Of a DNA stretch of 64,000 nucleotides, positions 1 through 18,080 are shown one piece after another; positions within the stretch are counted from its first letter, which is position 1, and every line of letters begins with the position of its first letter. This stretch comes from Blastocystis sp. Blastoise (Eukaryota > Protista > Bigyra: Opalinata): positions 496,001-560,000 of the forward strand of contig JBBPEB010000033.1 of the NCBI GenBank assembly GCA_039096225.1, written 5' to 3'. The position numbers were made by a program, and so were the translations under genes. The notes under the pieces are model-generated. The model was not told the origin of the DNA. It was given only the letters and a program-made list of their open reading frames with translations, and did not search any database.

Positions 1-3000
1 TCTTCTTCTTGTGAAGGTACAACAATTTCTTGGACTTATAATAATAATAAACAAGAATCAATTAATAGTTATACTTTTATTTCTTCAAATGACTGTAATA
101 ATTATCATCCTTCTTCATGGATTCTAGAAGGTTCTAATCAATATGATGGTATATATACTTTATTACATGTTGTTTGGAATGAAACATTTTCTTATTATTT
201 TGAAGAAAAACATTATCAATTTATTTCTTCTAAACCTTATAATCATTTTCGTTTTACTATATTAAAATGTAATAATAAATTATTAGATTCACATTTTATA
301 TGTAATAATGATTTTGTTCAACTAGCTGAAATACAATTATTTATTGAAAATACACCTTCTTATTGTTCTACTATAGATAATTGGCCTGCTGTTCCTAAAA
401 ATACATACTCTTATCAATTATGTCCTACTTATTATTCTGGATATATACGTAGATATTGTAATTCATCATTATTATTTGAATCTATTGATAATTCTACTTG
501 TCAATTATTACCACCTCAAAATATACAATTATCTACATATATATTATATGCAAAAGTAGATACACCTATAGAACCTATTCTACCTTCTTTTGAAGGTCTT
601 TATTGTTTCTTTTATACATATCCATCTCTTCCTCTTGGATTATCTATAAATAAATCAAATGGCACTATATCAGGTATACCTTTAAAAGGACAAGAAGAAA
701 TACAATATACTTATTATATAGAAAATAGTTCTGGTTCTAATACTATTTCTTTTTCTATTATAATTGATGGTAGTACATCAAAGAAATATTGTTTACCTAT
801 TTCTGTTTGGACAATTACACCTATATATACCTATTGTATATTATCTTGTCCTGAATATTATACAGGTATATATAGACGTTATTGTGATTTTGATCATAAA
901 ACATTACCTTTTTGGAGAGAAATAGAAAATACATGTACTCCTATTTATGAACCTGTTTCTATTCATTATAATCAATTTTCTTATTTATATAAGATTAATG
1001 AATTCATTAATATAGAACCTATATTCAAAGGATATGCTTTTTCATGGTCTATTTCTCCATCTTTACCTTCATCAATTACTTTTTATAATGGTACAATTAC
1101 AGGAACTTCTTCAATTATTTTAGAAAAAGAATTATATAATGTTAAAGTTAAAGGAATCAATAATATAGATACTTTCTTTATGTTAGAAGTTACTCAATAT
1201 TTATGTGAAGCTGATGATATTTGGCCAAGAACAAAAGTAGGTGATAAAGTCATTATTTTATGTCCTTCTGATAATTATAATGGTCAATTAGAAAGAATTT
1301 GCTTATATAATGAAATACCTATTTGGTCTTCTATTAATAATACATGTATATTAAAATCACCTTATTTAAAATATCCAAATTCATATATTTTATTAGATTA
1401 TCATATAGATACATTATTAGTAGAAGCTGACTGTATAGGTGATTGTGATTTCTTTAATATAACTCCTACTCTTCCTTTAGGATTATATATAAATAATACA
1501 TCTGGACAATTATATGGTGAACCATTTATTCCTAGTTCTGAAGATAATTATACAATTACTGTATATACTTCTTATAATACAAGTACAAGTGTAAATATAT
1601 ATATAAAAATACGTGATGACCATTGTCCTAAAGATGGTATTTGGCCTTCAGTTTCTAAAGGAACTTTAGTTGAACATCCATGTGAAAATATAAATAAAGA
1701 AGGAAATATATCAAGGTATTGTAATAGAAATGATCCTCCTTCGTGGAATGAAGTAATCAATAGTTGTATATATAAAACACCTATAATAAACTATCCAAAT
1801 ACATTTATAAATGCTATTTTAAATGTAGAGTTTAATCCTCTTATTCCTATTACTAAGAATTATATAGAAACATGGAGTATTGTCCCTAATTTACCTATAG
1901 GATTAATATTAAATAATAAAACAGGTGTTATTTCTGGCATTCCTATTGTTCAAAGTCGATATATTACTCATACATTAATAGCTAAGAATCCTGATCGTTC
2001 TGTATATATTACATTATTTAGTCAAGTATCTATTATGATATGTGATACTATGAATATATGGAATAATGTTTCTGTTAATACATATTCATATACTTTTTGT
2101 GAACATAGTCAGAATCGTATACAAAGAAGATACTGTTCTTATAATAAAAATACAAATCAAAGTAATTGGTTAAATCCAGAAGTATATTATTGTAGAAAGA
2201 ATGAAATAGAAGAAGATTCAATAAATCCATTTTTTAATTCATTATATATACCTATTTATATAAATAAAATATCGGTTGATATGATTAAATTAGATTATAT
2301 ATATGCTATATATTCTATTCTTAATGAATATATAATATCATTAGGTTTATCTTCTTATTCTCTTTATTATACAGGTATTGGTAATAACACTATTTTAAAT
2401 AATACCTCTCATTCTATACCCATACATCCATTATCTACTTATTCTTCATTACATTCTCTATATCATTCTATAAAGAGATTATGGAATCTAAATAAAATAT
2501 GGAATAGTATTCTTTGTATAGTTTCTGGAATTCTTCATAAATATACATCTTTATCTATATTATCTAATATATGTAAGCCTATAAATACAACATATAAAAT
2601 ATCTCCTTTATTATATAATTCTACATTTATAGAAAAAAATAGTCTAACGAATATATTCTCTAATTCTTCTTCTTCTAATTATTCTAATTCTTTTTCTAAT
2701 TCTTCTTCTAATTATTCTAATTCTTTTTCTAATTCTTTTTCTAATTCTTCTTCTCCTCCTCTTTCTTCTTCTTCACTATCAACCTATAGAGATGAAACAT
2801 CCCAATATTTTATTCCATTAATATTTCGTTATAATCTTAAATATTATGATATATCCACATTTCAATCAGATATTTGTAATTATATTAACACCGAATTTAT
2901 TGATAGGATTCATAATGAATATAATATATTATTAACAAATACTATTCGTTGTGATATAGATCATCTTTGGTATTCTCCTTTAGTCTCCTATCATAGTATT

Positions 3001-3150
3001 TATTTCTATATATTAATGATAAGCTCTATTTTTGTTCTTCTTTCTATACCTACAATTATTTGTAAATTATCTAAAATATGTAAACAAAAGAAAAAAATAC
3101 GAAAACAACGTGTCTCATCAACAAAAACATTTATTAAATATTTTCAATAA
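1..3150 (+). CDS. Intronless type-I surface protein, 5'-truncated by the window: discoidin/galactose-binding-like domain, alternating HRM-like Cys modules and He_PIG Ig domains, Ser/Asn-rich linker, TM helix, basic tail
   Basis: Frame 1 is open from base 1 into the 1180..3150 ORF. Motifs: PSSWILEGSN, CxxxxxWPx(10)CPxxYxGxIxRYC, PSLPLGLSINKSNGTISGIP and PNLPIGLILNNKTGVISGIP. TM IYFYILMISSIFVLLSIPTII is followed by KKKIRKQR. Confidence 0.85.
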   Translation, partial: SSSCEGTTISWTYNNNKQESINSYTFISSNDCNNYHPSSWILEGSNQYDGIYTLLHVVWNETFSYYFEEKHYQFISSKPYNHFRFTILKCNNKLLDSHFICNNDFVQLAEIQLFIENTPSYCSTIDNWPAVPKNTYSYQLCPTYYSGYIRRYCNSSLLFESIDNSTCQLLPPQNIQLSTYILYAKVDTPIEPILPSFEGLYCFFYTYPSLPLGLSINKSNGTISGIPLKGQEEIQYTYYIENSSGSNTISFSIIIDGSTSKKYCLPISVWTITPIYTYCILSCPEYYTGIYRRYCDFDHKTLPFWREIENTCTPIYEPVSIHYNQFSYLYKINEFINIEPIFKGYAFSWSISPSLPSSITFYNGTITGTSSIILEKELYNVKVKGINNIDTFFMLEVTQYLCEADDIWPRTKVGDKVIILCPSDNYNGQLERICLYNEIPIWSSINNTCILKSPYLKYPNSYILLDYHIDTLLVEADCIGDCDFFNITPTLPLGLYINNTSGQLYGEPFIPSSEDNYTITVYTSYNTSTSVNIYIKIRDDHCPKDGIWPSVSKGTLVEHPCENINKEGNISRYCNRNDPPSWNEVINSCIYKTPIINYPNTFINAILNVEFNPLIPITKNYIETWSIVPNLPIGLILNNKTGVISGIPIVQSRYITHTLIAKNPDRSVYITLFSQVSIMICDTMNIWNNVSVNTYSYTFCEHSQNRIQRRYCSYNKNTNQSNWLNPEVYYCRKNEIEEDSINPFFNSLYIPIYINKISVDMIKLDYIYAIYSILNEYIISLGLSSYSLYYTGIGNNTILNNTSHSIPIHPLSTYSSLHSLYHSIKRLWNLNKIWNSILCIVSGILHKYTSLSILSNICKPINTTYKISPLLYNSTFIEKNSLTNIFSNSSSSNYSNSFSNSSSNYSNSFSNSFSNSSSPPLSSSSLSTYRDETSQYFIPLIFRYNLKYYDISTFQSDICNYINTEFIDRIHNEYNILLTNTIRCDIDHLWYSPLVSYHSIYFYILMISSIFVLLSIPTIICKLSKICKQKKKIRKQRVSSTKTFIKYFQ

Positions 3151-4538
3151 TTAAAAATTATAGTTTATCTGATAATCATTATATTATGGGAATTATTTTT
3201 CTTTGTGTTTTAAATTTAATTTGTTTGTGTTTTTTTATTTTATTTTATTTTTATTTTATTTTAATTTTTATTTTAAGTTTTATTTTAAGTTTTATTTTAA
3301 GTTTTATTTTTCTTATAATATCCTCATTTTTTTAATTATCAAATCATATATAATCTATTATTTTCTATTTTTTCTTCTTTTCTATTTTTTGTGTCTTGAT
3401 TTTTTTTGTAATATAATAAAAACTTCTATAAGTTTTGATACTATTGTTTTTTATATTATATTAATATATATATTAAATGTTTATATTTTTTTTTGTTTTT
3501 GTGTTATGACTTTCATACATTTTTTTCTTCTTATTAATATATATTTATATATATTATATTCATTTGTTGAAAGTATTTATATTCAATATTCTATTAAAAT
3601 AGTATTTTTTAAATAAGTATCAATAAAATGCTATATTTTTATTATATATTAAAATGCAATATAACATAAATATATTCATATTATAATGTATATTTCGGTA
3701 ACTATCATTTTTGTTTAATATATATTTATTTTTTTATTCGGTTTGTTAATATAAGTTTTCTTTTTATAATATAATTATAAGCAATTAGTTATTAAATTTA
3801 TATATGTTTTTTTTTCATAATAATTTTATATGTAAATATATTTTTTCTTTTGATTTTATATTTGTTGTTACCCCTATTCTCTATTATATATATTGTATAT
3901 TAAATACATATATATAATCCGATAATTGCTTTTTTATGTTTTTCTTTTCTTTTTTTAAATTTATTTATATGTTTATTGTGTTTATTTCATTATATTCCAT
4001 ATTTATTTATCTATATTATATTCTTTTCTATTTTTTCTATTTTTTTATTTTTTCTCTTTTTTATTCCTATATATATATATATACTATCTTTTATATATTA
4101 GTAATATTGAATATTTCTATATATATTTTCATTTATTATTAATATTATTTTCTTTCACTTCTTATCAAGTTGTATTATATCTTATCACTTTTCTACTTTT
4201 ATTAGTGCATTTTTATACTATTATTTATTTAAAACAATTATGACTGTATTCTTATTTCAAGTGTTCTTCTGAACTGTATTCTAGCATTCTCTATAAACAT
4301 ATATACAGAGAGTTTTGTTGTAGTAAATTTATATAAATAATCTATTATCGAAGTATATATTATTTTATTTAACAATATATATTAATCTATTTATAATACA
4401 TTTATAAAAGAAGAAAAAACAACAAATGACTTTTTACTAAATCAACGAATTTATGTTTATTTTTAACTATGCTAAATATTGATACTATTTTGTAAATAGT
4501 ATATGTAATTATAAATAAAAAATGAAAATGTTTCCTTA

Positions 4539-4959
4539 TTATTTTATTTGTTTATAAAGAACAATATATCGACTGGAATGTGTTAATAGTTCTAATGGAT
4601 TATATAACCATTCCTGTATCTATATAGAAATATATAGATTATTGTGAATATATATATATTCATATAATATATATATATATCGCTTCTATACCTTTATATA
4701 ATGGTTTAAAGAGAAGAATTCTGTAATATTTTGTTCAACATATGAATCTGTAAGTATATATATAGGCATAGCATATGTATATAGATATCGTTGTTGAATA
4801 AAGAGAGAAGGATTTAAATAAAGAGACTCTGAAGGTATTTTATTACTTAATCTTTCTCTATATAAATATATATAAATAGTATTACTATTGTTGTTTACAA
4901 ATTTTAATAAGAAAAATATACACAAAAGATTTATATTCTTGGTTGATATATATATAATA

Positions 4960-4999
<40 letters not shown>

Positions 5000-7221
5000 T
5001 CAGGAGTACATGTCAGATAGTGAATAGTAATATTTTTATGTAAAAAAGAGTAGCCAGGATATTGATGGCATTCTAAAAGAACATCGAAAGATATATCTTT
5101 ATCTATAAATATAAATAAATAAAATAATTATATATATCATATATATATATATATATACATTGATGAGGTTTATAATGAGAATCAATATCTTTTGACACAG
5201 TACGAAAAGCTTCCTCAGTTCCTCTCTATTTATAAAGATATTAATTATTATATAAGCAGCATAATTAATAGATATATAATTATTACTTTAAAGAAAAGTG
5301 CACCAAAGAAAAACAAAAGTATATGAATAAATAGAATCATATAGATCTATATATAGTAACAAATAATTAGAGAATAATGAAAAGGATAATAATAACAATA
5401 TACAATAATACTATAGTGTTTGGAAGGACTATATGTAAATATATTTTGTTTATATTGTTTATTATTATCATTATTATTTTTAATATTATTATTATTATCT
5501 TTAATATTATTATCTTTAATATCTTTAATAATATTGTTATTTTCTTTAATATTATTATTATTATTATTATTATTATAAAAATGAATTGATTGATATATTC
5601 CATATGCAATAAAAGGATAAAGAAGAGGAAGAAGAGGAAGAATAAATCGGTCTTCTTTGTGAGATATACATGAATATAAGCATATAGATATGCAGAAACA
5701 GATTAATAAGGGTAATAAGAAAATAGGAAAATTCCTTAAACCTACAATATAGATATATTATTAATAAATTTAAAAAAATATCACAATAATAATAATAATA
5801 ATATATTTTTTTAAATATCATAAAAATATCATAAAAATATCATAAAAATATCATAAAAATATCATAAAAATATCATAATAACAATAATAATTAAATAAAT
5901 AATTTTCTATATACCTTTAATTAGATAAATGTTGAATCCTCCTAATAGAGCAGGTAATAGAAGAATAATATATGTATATATAGGTGATATTCCATAAAGA
6001 TTAGAATTTGATGAATAAATATTAAATATAAAATTAGAATAAAGAGGAAATGATATATAATGGTTAATAATAGAATCGAAGAATAAACATATAAAAGAAG
6101 AGAAAGAGAAGATAAGAATTGCTAAGAGAAGTATTTGAATGATAGATCTATATGTTTTTTGTTTATATAGAATATATATACATATAGGTAAATAGAGTAG
6201 AACACAATCAGGTCGAGTATGAAATGAAAATGATATTATGAAGAATGGAATAATACTATAAAAAATTTATTATTATTATTAATTAATACGATTACTATCA
6301 TAATAATTATATATATATAAATAATACTATAAAAAATATATTATTATTATTAATTAATATGATTACTATCATAATAATTATATATATAAAATAATACTAT
6401 AAGAAATATATTATATTCTTAATTAATACGATTACTATCATAATAATTATATATATATAAATAATATTATAAGAATATACTAATCTAGAACTTGTTTTTG
6501 TGTGATATATATTGGAAATGATAATGAATATAAAAAGAAGATAAATAAGCAATAAATTGTCGAATTCGATAGAGTTCGAAGCATAATTAGTGTTCCGTAT
6601 GGATTAAATAATGTGATTAATAAACTATAATAACCATATTCATATTTATGAAATAAACATAAACACCATTGATAAACATAATAATCTGAAATACTGACAA
6701 GAATACATTGTAATAGTCGAGGTAAATACGCAATTAACCATGAAGTATCGAGATTCTATAAGAAGAAGAATATTTATTGTTTTATAGAATAAAAAAATAA
6801 ATACAAAGAAAGAGAGTATTTTCATAAAGATGAGGACATGTATATTGCTAATATGACTTCTAATTGGTGGATACTCCCACTCCCAAGTTCTGAAAAGAAA
6901 AAAAAAAGAAGAATAGATATATAGTACTCAACAGAAAATGAATAATAATTATAAATATTTTGATTTAATCAGAAAATAGGCTAGTTATGCATATTCAAAT
7001 ATATTATAGTATGTTAAAGCATACCGAAATCCATATCCAAAGACAGATAAATGAGAAATTTCTGAACATTGCCAGTATTCATCAGGCCAATATGTAGTTT
7101 GTATAAGTAAACTTTCAATAAGTCTTATAAAGAAGATACAGAAGAATAAAATCAATTGAGAAACTGATTTTGATATATGAATCTTAATAAAACTATCATG
7201 AATGCTTTTCATAACTTGCAT
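4539..7221 (-). CDS. PIGB: GPI mannosyltransferase III (PIG-B/Gpi10, GT22), about 10 exons
   Basis: Spliced motifs TTYWPDEYWQ, FGYGFR|TWEW, LRTLSNS, HTRPD, SHKEDRF and LLECHQYPGYSFLH...LTCTP; multiple TM segments; GT-AG introns. Confidence 0.9.
5810..5878. repeat. 11-bp tandem repeat (TAAAAATATCA) x~6 in a PIG-B intron
   Basis: Directly visible. Confidence 0.85.
6250..6480. repeat. ~70-bp minisatellite x3 plus a partial copy, filling PIG-B intron 3
   Basis: Unit starts ATAATACTAT at 6250, 6321 and 6391, with a variant at 6461. Confidence 0.85.
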
Positions 7222-7397
7222 ACGAAAATACTCAATAAAATCCAAAACAAAAGAAAAAAAGTAAAAGAATATTGATATCATAAAAAAATAAAAGAAGTGA
7301 AGAAAAATTTGAAACATTTTTTTATTTTTTTTTATTTAATTTGTTGGTTATAAAATAATATAATAATAATTTTTAAGATACTTACATCAATTATATT
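7222..7397. promoter_or_regulatory. Short bidirectional promoter (PIG-B / SNAPC1)
   Basis: Divergent ATGs about 177 bp apart. Confidence 0.55.
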
Positions 7398-8915
7398 ATG
7401 GAAAAGGATTTTATTAATCTTATAAATAGTTTTCAATCTGTATATGTATATATAATTATCTTATTATTGTCTATATTATATTGTAATAGTTGCAGAATCG
7501 AAATTGGAATGATTTTAGAGAAGTATGGCTTTCATTGCACTTTGAATTTTTCCATGAACACATTGATATTGAAACACATAAAGGAATTACAAAGCTTTAT
7601 GATTACTACTTAAATTATTCTTTCCGAACATTAACGAGTATTCTAATATATTTATGTTTTTCGTGATCATTTTAAAAAATAGGTTTGTTTATGATCGATA
7701 ACGATCATTATGCATATGATGCAATAATCTTTGCTTTGTATACTATATATAAAACTCAAAAGAATAAAGAAAAACCTCAAAAAATTCCATTTACACCACA
7801 ACAATATTATAAATTAATTAATTATTCAAATGAATTGAAATCTATCCAACCACAGCCAGATTCATTATTTGTATATATTAAATTATTATATTATATTATT
7901 ATTATATTGTTTTATATTATTATATTATTATATTATTATATTATATATTATTATATTATTATATTATTATATTATTATATTATTATATTATTATATTATT
8001 ATATTATTATATTATTATATTATTATATTATTATATTATTATATTATTATATTATTATATTATTATATTATTATATTATTATATTATTATATTATTATAT
8101 TATTATATTATTATATTATTATATTATTATATTATTATATTATTATATTATTATTATATAAATACATAGATAATTTATTAGTATTGTCGATCCTATATCT
8201 ATATAGATAGTTCGTGAATTATTTGAAGAAGATGCTTTTTATTTATGTATTCAGAATATTCCCGTGGAAATATCATCCTCTTCACAATCCTCTATAACTC
8301 CAGATTCCTTATATTTACAACCATTACTTGATGTATATATAGTTATATAATGATTATTTTTTAATACAGATTATATACATATATTATATAGATAACATAT
8401 ATATATATATTAAATATATTATATGTATATCAATTATTTTATAAAGATCATATATATATAAATATATATAGCAAATTTTGAATTTCCCTTATATATCATC
8501 TTTGGAATATACATTAGAAGGTACAAATACATTCACAGACTCTATTGCTTCAATTATACATGAATTGCCAAAGAAAGTATATTATTGTGAATTATTTATT
8601 GTAAATTATATGGATTATAGATACTATTTTATATATATTCTATATATTACATATAATATACTCTATATTACATATAATATACTCTATATATTTTATTCCA
8701 TAAGCATATGATATCTTCTTTAATATGTTTATTATATATATATAGGAGAATATATTAATAGATGAACAACCAGAACCAGAAGTAGAAATGGAAATAAAAA
8801 AGAAAAAAGTATATTTATATAAATATGAATATAACATAGTATTTCTTTTTAGAGGACAATTATAGGAACAAAACGAACTCGAAAACTAAAGTTAGAACAT
8901 GAAAAACAAGTTTAA
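7398..8915 (+). CDS. SNAPC1: snRNA-activating protein complex subunit 1 (SNAP43)-like, 7 exons
   Basis: Spliced MEKDFINLINSFQS|LQNRNWNDFREVWLSLHF...IIFALYTIYKTQ...PQKIPFT...DSLF|IVRELFEEDAFYLC follows the SNAPC1 N-terminal pattern (D..L..RF...FEDF..LW; LY.LY.TQ...KI; DA..I...L...AF). Confidence 0.75.
7886..8157. repeat. 8-bp unit microsatellite (TATTATAT)n in a SNAPC1 intron
   Basis: Directly visible; it generates the spurious LLYYYIII ORFs. Confidence 0.9.
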
Positions 8916-9080
8916 AAAGATTTTTATACACATTTAAAACAATGTTTTTTGTTTATACATATTCTGTTAACAATATATATATTTATTCTATATTTTATTT
9001 GTGAATATAAAAACATTAAAATGTCATGATTCTTGTACCCTTTAAGTATATTATGAAAATAAAAGAAGGAATAATGAATA

Positions 9081-9094
9081 AAAACAAACAAAAA
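9081..9094 (-). promoter_or_regulatory. TGTTTGTT 3'-end/polyadenylation-type element downstream of TFIP11
   Basis: Exact TGTTTGTT about 75 nt after the stop. Similar motifs follow other stops (3219, 20581, 58107). TGTTTGTT is the known Blastocystis downstream polyadenylation motif. Confidence 0.4.
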
Positions 9095-9166
9095 TAGTTT
9101 AATGTATATGAAAATAATATCATTGAATAGAATCGTTTATAAAAACATAATGATTGAATATATTTA

Positions 9167-12738
<3,572 letters not shown>

Positions 12739-13828
12739 TGGTGCAAATATACGCAGATAAACAATAAAGATCAAATAGTTGTGAAATTATCAAATAATCC
12801 CACAAATCAAGTGAGAATACCGCGAATATTTTTTAAATTTTTTTAAATTTTCAATTTAAGACTCTTTTGAATATTCTTTTATATAGATAATTAATATAAT
12901 TCTATCAACTTTATAAAAAAGCTACACACATACAGTTTTAGATGGTATACCTGTCATTAATCAATTATGATTTACTTTGTTTTTATTCATTTATTGGTTT
13001 ATTTGAATTCAAAGATAATGTAAAATTATATAAACAAACTTTCATAGTTTTTATATCATGATTACTGAATAACAAATCACAATAAACTATAAATATTCAA
13101 TTTCACGTGTTTAAATAATATGAAAAGAATATTAGAAAAATAAATAAATGCAATTTTTAAGAATAATCTAACATTCATAAACTACATTTGAACAAATGTG
13201 TGAATATGTTTGTTGCTTTTCTAACAAAGAATCATGCACATTCATAATAAATTTTTTAATATATATATTTCAAATAATTTCTATCAAATAATGGAATAAC
13301 AATCAACAAATGATTATAAAATCATTTATATTGATATTCTATAATCATTTACGATAATTCATAGAAAGAAGAATCTTTTTTTAATATTGAGGGATAAAAT
13401 ATATAGAAGATAAACAATTTAAAAAAAAATACTTATTTTTTAGTGAACACAATTCCAGTTCTTCTTTCATTTCGAAATTCGCGATTATTCAATAAACAAC
13501 AGGTTTATTTTGCATTATAATTCAGAAATTTTCAAATGTTTTATTTTCTGAATTTCTGCAAGTACCGTTGACATATGGAAACAGGAATAAAAAAGAATAA
13601 ACAAATTCAAGGCGAAATAAATCGTGAAAATTTGTGTGATTACACAATAAAATTTGTGTTTTCTTCTAAAACCAGAAGGAGTTATAATCAAAAATTATAA
13701 TTAATATGAACAAATAAAACATTTTCTAAATCACTTAACTTGCATTAAATAGACTTTTATCTTTTTCTATAATAAATAGATATAGTCTTCTAATATATCA
13801 AGATCATTTATTTTTTTGATTTTTAATA

Positions 13829-14826
13829 ATGAAGACACTGAGAATAATATTATTATTTCTTTTAACTACTCTTTCACTTGCAACTTGTCCTGCTGAACAT
13901 CTCTATGTTGATTGGCCTGAAACTGAACCTAGTGATGATGCTATTGAAGCCATTTGTCCTGCGAATAATCAGATGATTATGAGATTTTGTACTGCTTCTG
14001 GATGGACTGACGTAGAAGGAGATTGTCGTAATTATATACATTTAAATATTATATATTAATTGGTGTCTTCTTTTTTTTTCAAAATGTTTTTTCTATGTTT
14101 TTCTTTTATTATATCATTTAACTATAGAAGAAGCTACTTGTGCTACTGAAACTATTGAAGATCGTGTTTGGCCTTCTACAAATGCTGGTCAAACAGCTAC
14201 ATTAAATTGTGCAAGTGGATTTAGTGGTACTTATTCACGTATTTGCTCAACTTCAGGTACTTGGGAATCAGAAACAAACACTTGTGGTATTTAAATTGAA
14301 TTCTATACTATTCTTTTCATTTTTTTTCGTTTTTGTTTTTTTATCTTTGTTTTTTTTTTAATATTTGATAAACTTATTTTTATATAGTTCAATTAACTTG
14401 TGTTGGTGAATCTTTAGAAGGTAATACATGGCCTACTACTAATGCTGGTTCTGATGCTACTCTTGATTGTGCAGAAGGCTTTTCTGGATCTATTACTAGA
14501 ACATGTACTCTTACTGGTACTTGGGGTACTGTTACTAATTCTTGTGGTATATATATATATATATTTTATTATTTATTTATAATTTATTTTCATATATATA
14601 ATTAAATTTGTATAGTTACATTTTTTTTTTCTTTTTTTCTTTTATTAAATATATGTATTTCTATAGTACAATTAAAATGTAGTGCTATTGGTATTTGGCC
14701 TGAAACAAATGCTGGTACTACTGTTACTTTACCTTGTGAAGATGGATATATTGGTGAACAATCTAGAGAATGTAGAACCACGGGAAAATGGGGTCTTGCT
14801 CAAAATACTTGTAGTATGTAGATTTG

Positions 14827-14890
<64 letters not shown>

Positions 14891-17771
14891 TTAAAAATTG
14901 ACTTAATTTATATATATTTTAATTGTTACAATATATAATATATAATTTTATCTGTTGATACTATTTTTATAATATCTATATATAGCTCTTGCTCCTACTG
15001 TATGTGCTAGTATTGTTGATGGCGGATATACTTGGCCTGAAACTACTATTGGTTCTACTGCTACTCAAACATGTCCTGTAGGTACTACTGGATCTATTAC
15101 CAAAGCTTGTCAAGAAGGTGGAGTCTGGGGAGATATTATTAATAATTGCAGTATATATTTTATTTATTAAATTTATTATATTTTATTTATTATATTTTAT
15201 TTATTATATTTTATTTATTATATTTTATTTATTATATTTTATTTATTATATTTTATTTATTATATTTTATTTATTAAATTTTATTTATTAAATTTATTAT
15301 ATATTATTTATTAAATTTATTATATTATATTAATATTATTACTATTATTATAGGTGCTATTCAATGTACTGGTGAAACTGTGAATAATATAGTATTTCCT
15401 ACTACTGCTCAAGGTCAAACTGCTACTGGTACTTGTCCTGAAAATACTGTAGGTACACCTACTCGTCTTTGTTCTATTGGTGGAATATGGGGAGATATTC
15501 AAGGAGAATGCAGTATATATATAATATTTAATATATTTAAACTATCTTTCATTTTTGTATTTTTTTTTAATTCACTTATATTATAATTAACTACTATTTA
15601 TATAATTATAGTTCAAACATTTACTCATTGTAATTCTGAGTCTCTTGAAGGTAATAATTGGCCTTCTACTTTAATAGGTTCTGATGCTACTCTCTCTTGT
15701 CCTTCTGGTCAAACTGGAAGTTTAACTAGACCCTGTGGTATTGGTGGTGTTTGGGGTACTGTTGTTAATACTTGTGGTATATATTATTATTTATTTATTT
15801 ATTTATTATTAGGTTTAGATTTATTAGTATTTTTTTTTTTTTTTTTTAATTTAAAATTTATTCTTTTTTTTTTTTCATATATAATTCTTTTTTATGGATT
15901 GTATACAATATTTTTATATAGTTCAAATAACTTGTCCTACTGAGAATGATATGACTAATTTAATTATTTGGCCTGTAACAAATGCTGGTCAAACTGCTAC
16001 TCAATCTTGTGGTCTTGTTCCTACTAAACAAGTTACTAGAGTATGTAGTATTACCGGTACTTGGGAAACTATGGAAGGAAATTGTGGTATGTATTATTTT
16101 ATTATTTGTTATATTTATTATTATTTATTTTTTATTATTATTATTTATTTTTTATTATTATTAATATTTATTATTATTTTTTTTTTATTACTATTTATTT
16201 TTTTATCATTATTTATTATTATTTATTATATATAAAGATCCTTTACCTACTTTTTGTGCTGCTGAGTCTCTTGAAGGTAATGAATGGCCTCAAACTAATT
16301 TAGGTGTTGATGCTACTTTACCTTGTGCTGCTGGATATAGTGGTAGTTTAAGTAGAACTTGTAGTACTAGTGGTACTTGGAGTAATGTTGTAGATACTTG
16401 TGGTATATATTATTATTATTATAAATACTATTTTATTAATATTCATAGTATAATTAAACATATAATAATATTTTTGTATAGTTCGTATTACCTGTGCTTC
16501 TGAAATTGATACTGTTCATATAGTTATTTGGCCTATTACAAATGCTGGTGAAACTGCTACTCAATCTTGTACTGCTGTTCCTACTAAACAAATTACTAGA
16601 ACTTGTAGTATTACAGGTACTTGGGAAACTGTTCAAGGAAATTGTGGTATGTATTTTTGTATTCATTTTTATTTTGCTGTTATTAATATATATATATATA
16701 TTTTTTCATTTTTCTTATTAATTTCAATTTGTGTGTATACATTTATAAATATATGTTATTATATATATAGATCCTTTACCTACTTCTTGTACTGCTGAAT
16801 CTCTTGAAGGTAATGAATGGCCTCAAACTCCTGTAGGTACTGATGCTACTCTCTCTTGTCCTACTGGTCAAGCTGGAAGTATTACAAGACCTTGTTCTAA
16901 TGAAGGTGTTTGGGGTACTGTTGTTAATACTTGTGGTATATATTATTATTTATTATATTTATTATTTATATTTATTATTTATGTATTATCATGTATATTA
17001 TATATTATATAGCGAATGTATATTGTTCTGCTGCTGTAGATGCTGTTCACAGTCTTATTTGGCCTCAAACTCAAGTAGGTCAAACGGCTACCGTTACTTG
17101 TCCTACTGTATCTACTAAACAATTAACAAGACCTTGTTTATCTGAAAATACTTGGGGTGATATTGTTGGTGATTGTACTCCTGAAATTACTCATTGTAAT
17201 GCTGAATCTCTTGAAGGTAATGAATGGCCTATGACTGTTATAGGTACAGATGCTACTCTCTCTTGTCCTGCTGGCTATAGTGGATCTATTGTCAGAACTT
17301 GTGGTACTCAAGGTGTTTGGGGTTCTGTTGTTAATAATTGTGTTGCTCAATATTGTTCATCTGTCGATGATTCTGTAAATGCTGTGACTTGGCCTCAAAC
17401 TCAAGTTGGTCAAACGGCTACTATGACTTGTCCTACTGTTTCTACTAAACAAATATCTAGACCTTGTTTATCTGAAAATACATGGGGTGATATTGTTGGT
17501 GATTGTAGTATGTTATCTATTATTATTATTATTATCATGTTTATTATTATTATTTGATATATACGATTTATTCAATTCTAATTCTATATGTATATATAGC
17601 TCCTATTATTACTCATTGTAATAGTGTTGTTGAAGAAGGTAATGAATGGCCTATGACTCTTATTGGTCAATCCGCTTCTTTAGAATGTTCTATTGGCTAT
17701 TCTGGATCTATTCTTAGACCCTGTGGAGATAATGGTGTTTGGGGAGCTGTCAATAATACTTGCCGTATATA

Positions 17772-17870
<99 letters not shown>

Positions 17871-18039
17871 GAAATGAATCAATGTCCTGAGAATATAGTA
17901 GGTAATATAACCTGGCCTTTAACTAATATGAATACTACTGTTAGTAATAATTGTCAAGAAGGATATGAAGGTAGTATTACTAGATATTGTAATATACAAG
18001 GAACATGGGAAGATCAAGTAGATACTTGTACTATCAGTA

Positions 18040-18080
<41 letters not shown>

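Noticed and set aside
3203-4142. F/Y/I/L-rich ORFs (3203, 3936; likewise 30532, 32481, 43910)
   Set aside because: These are T-rich intergenic/3' UTR sequence that lacks stops by composition; no motifs or exon-like GC.
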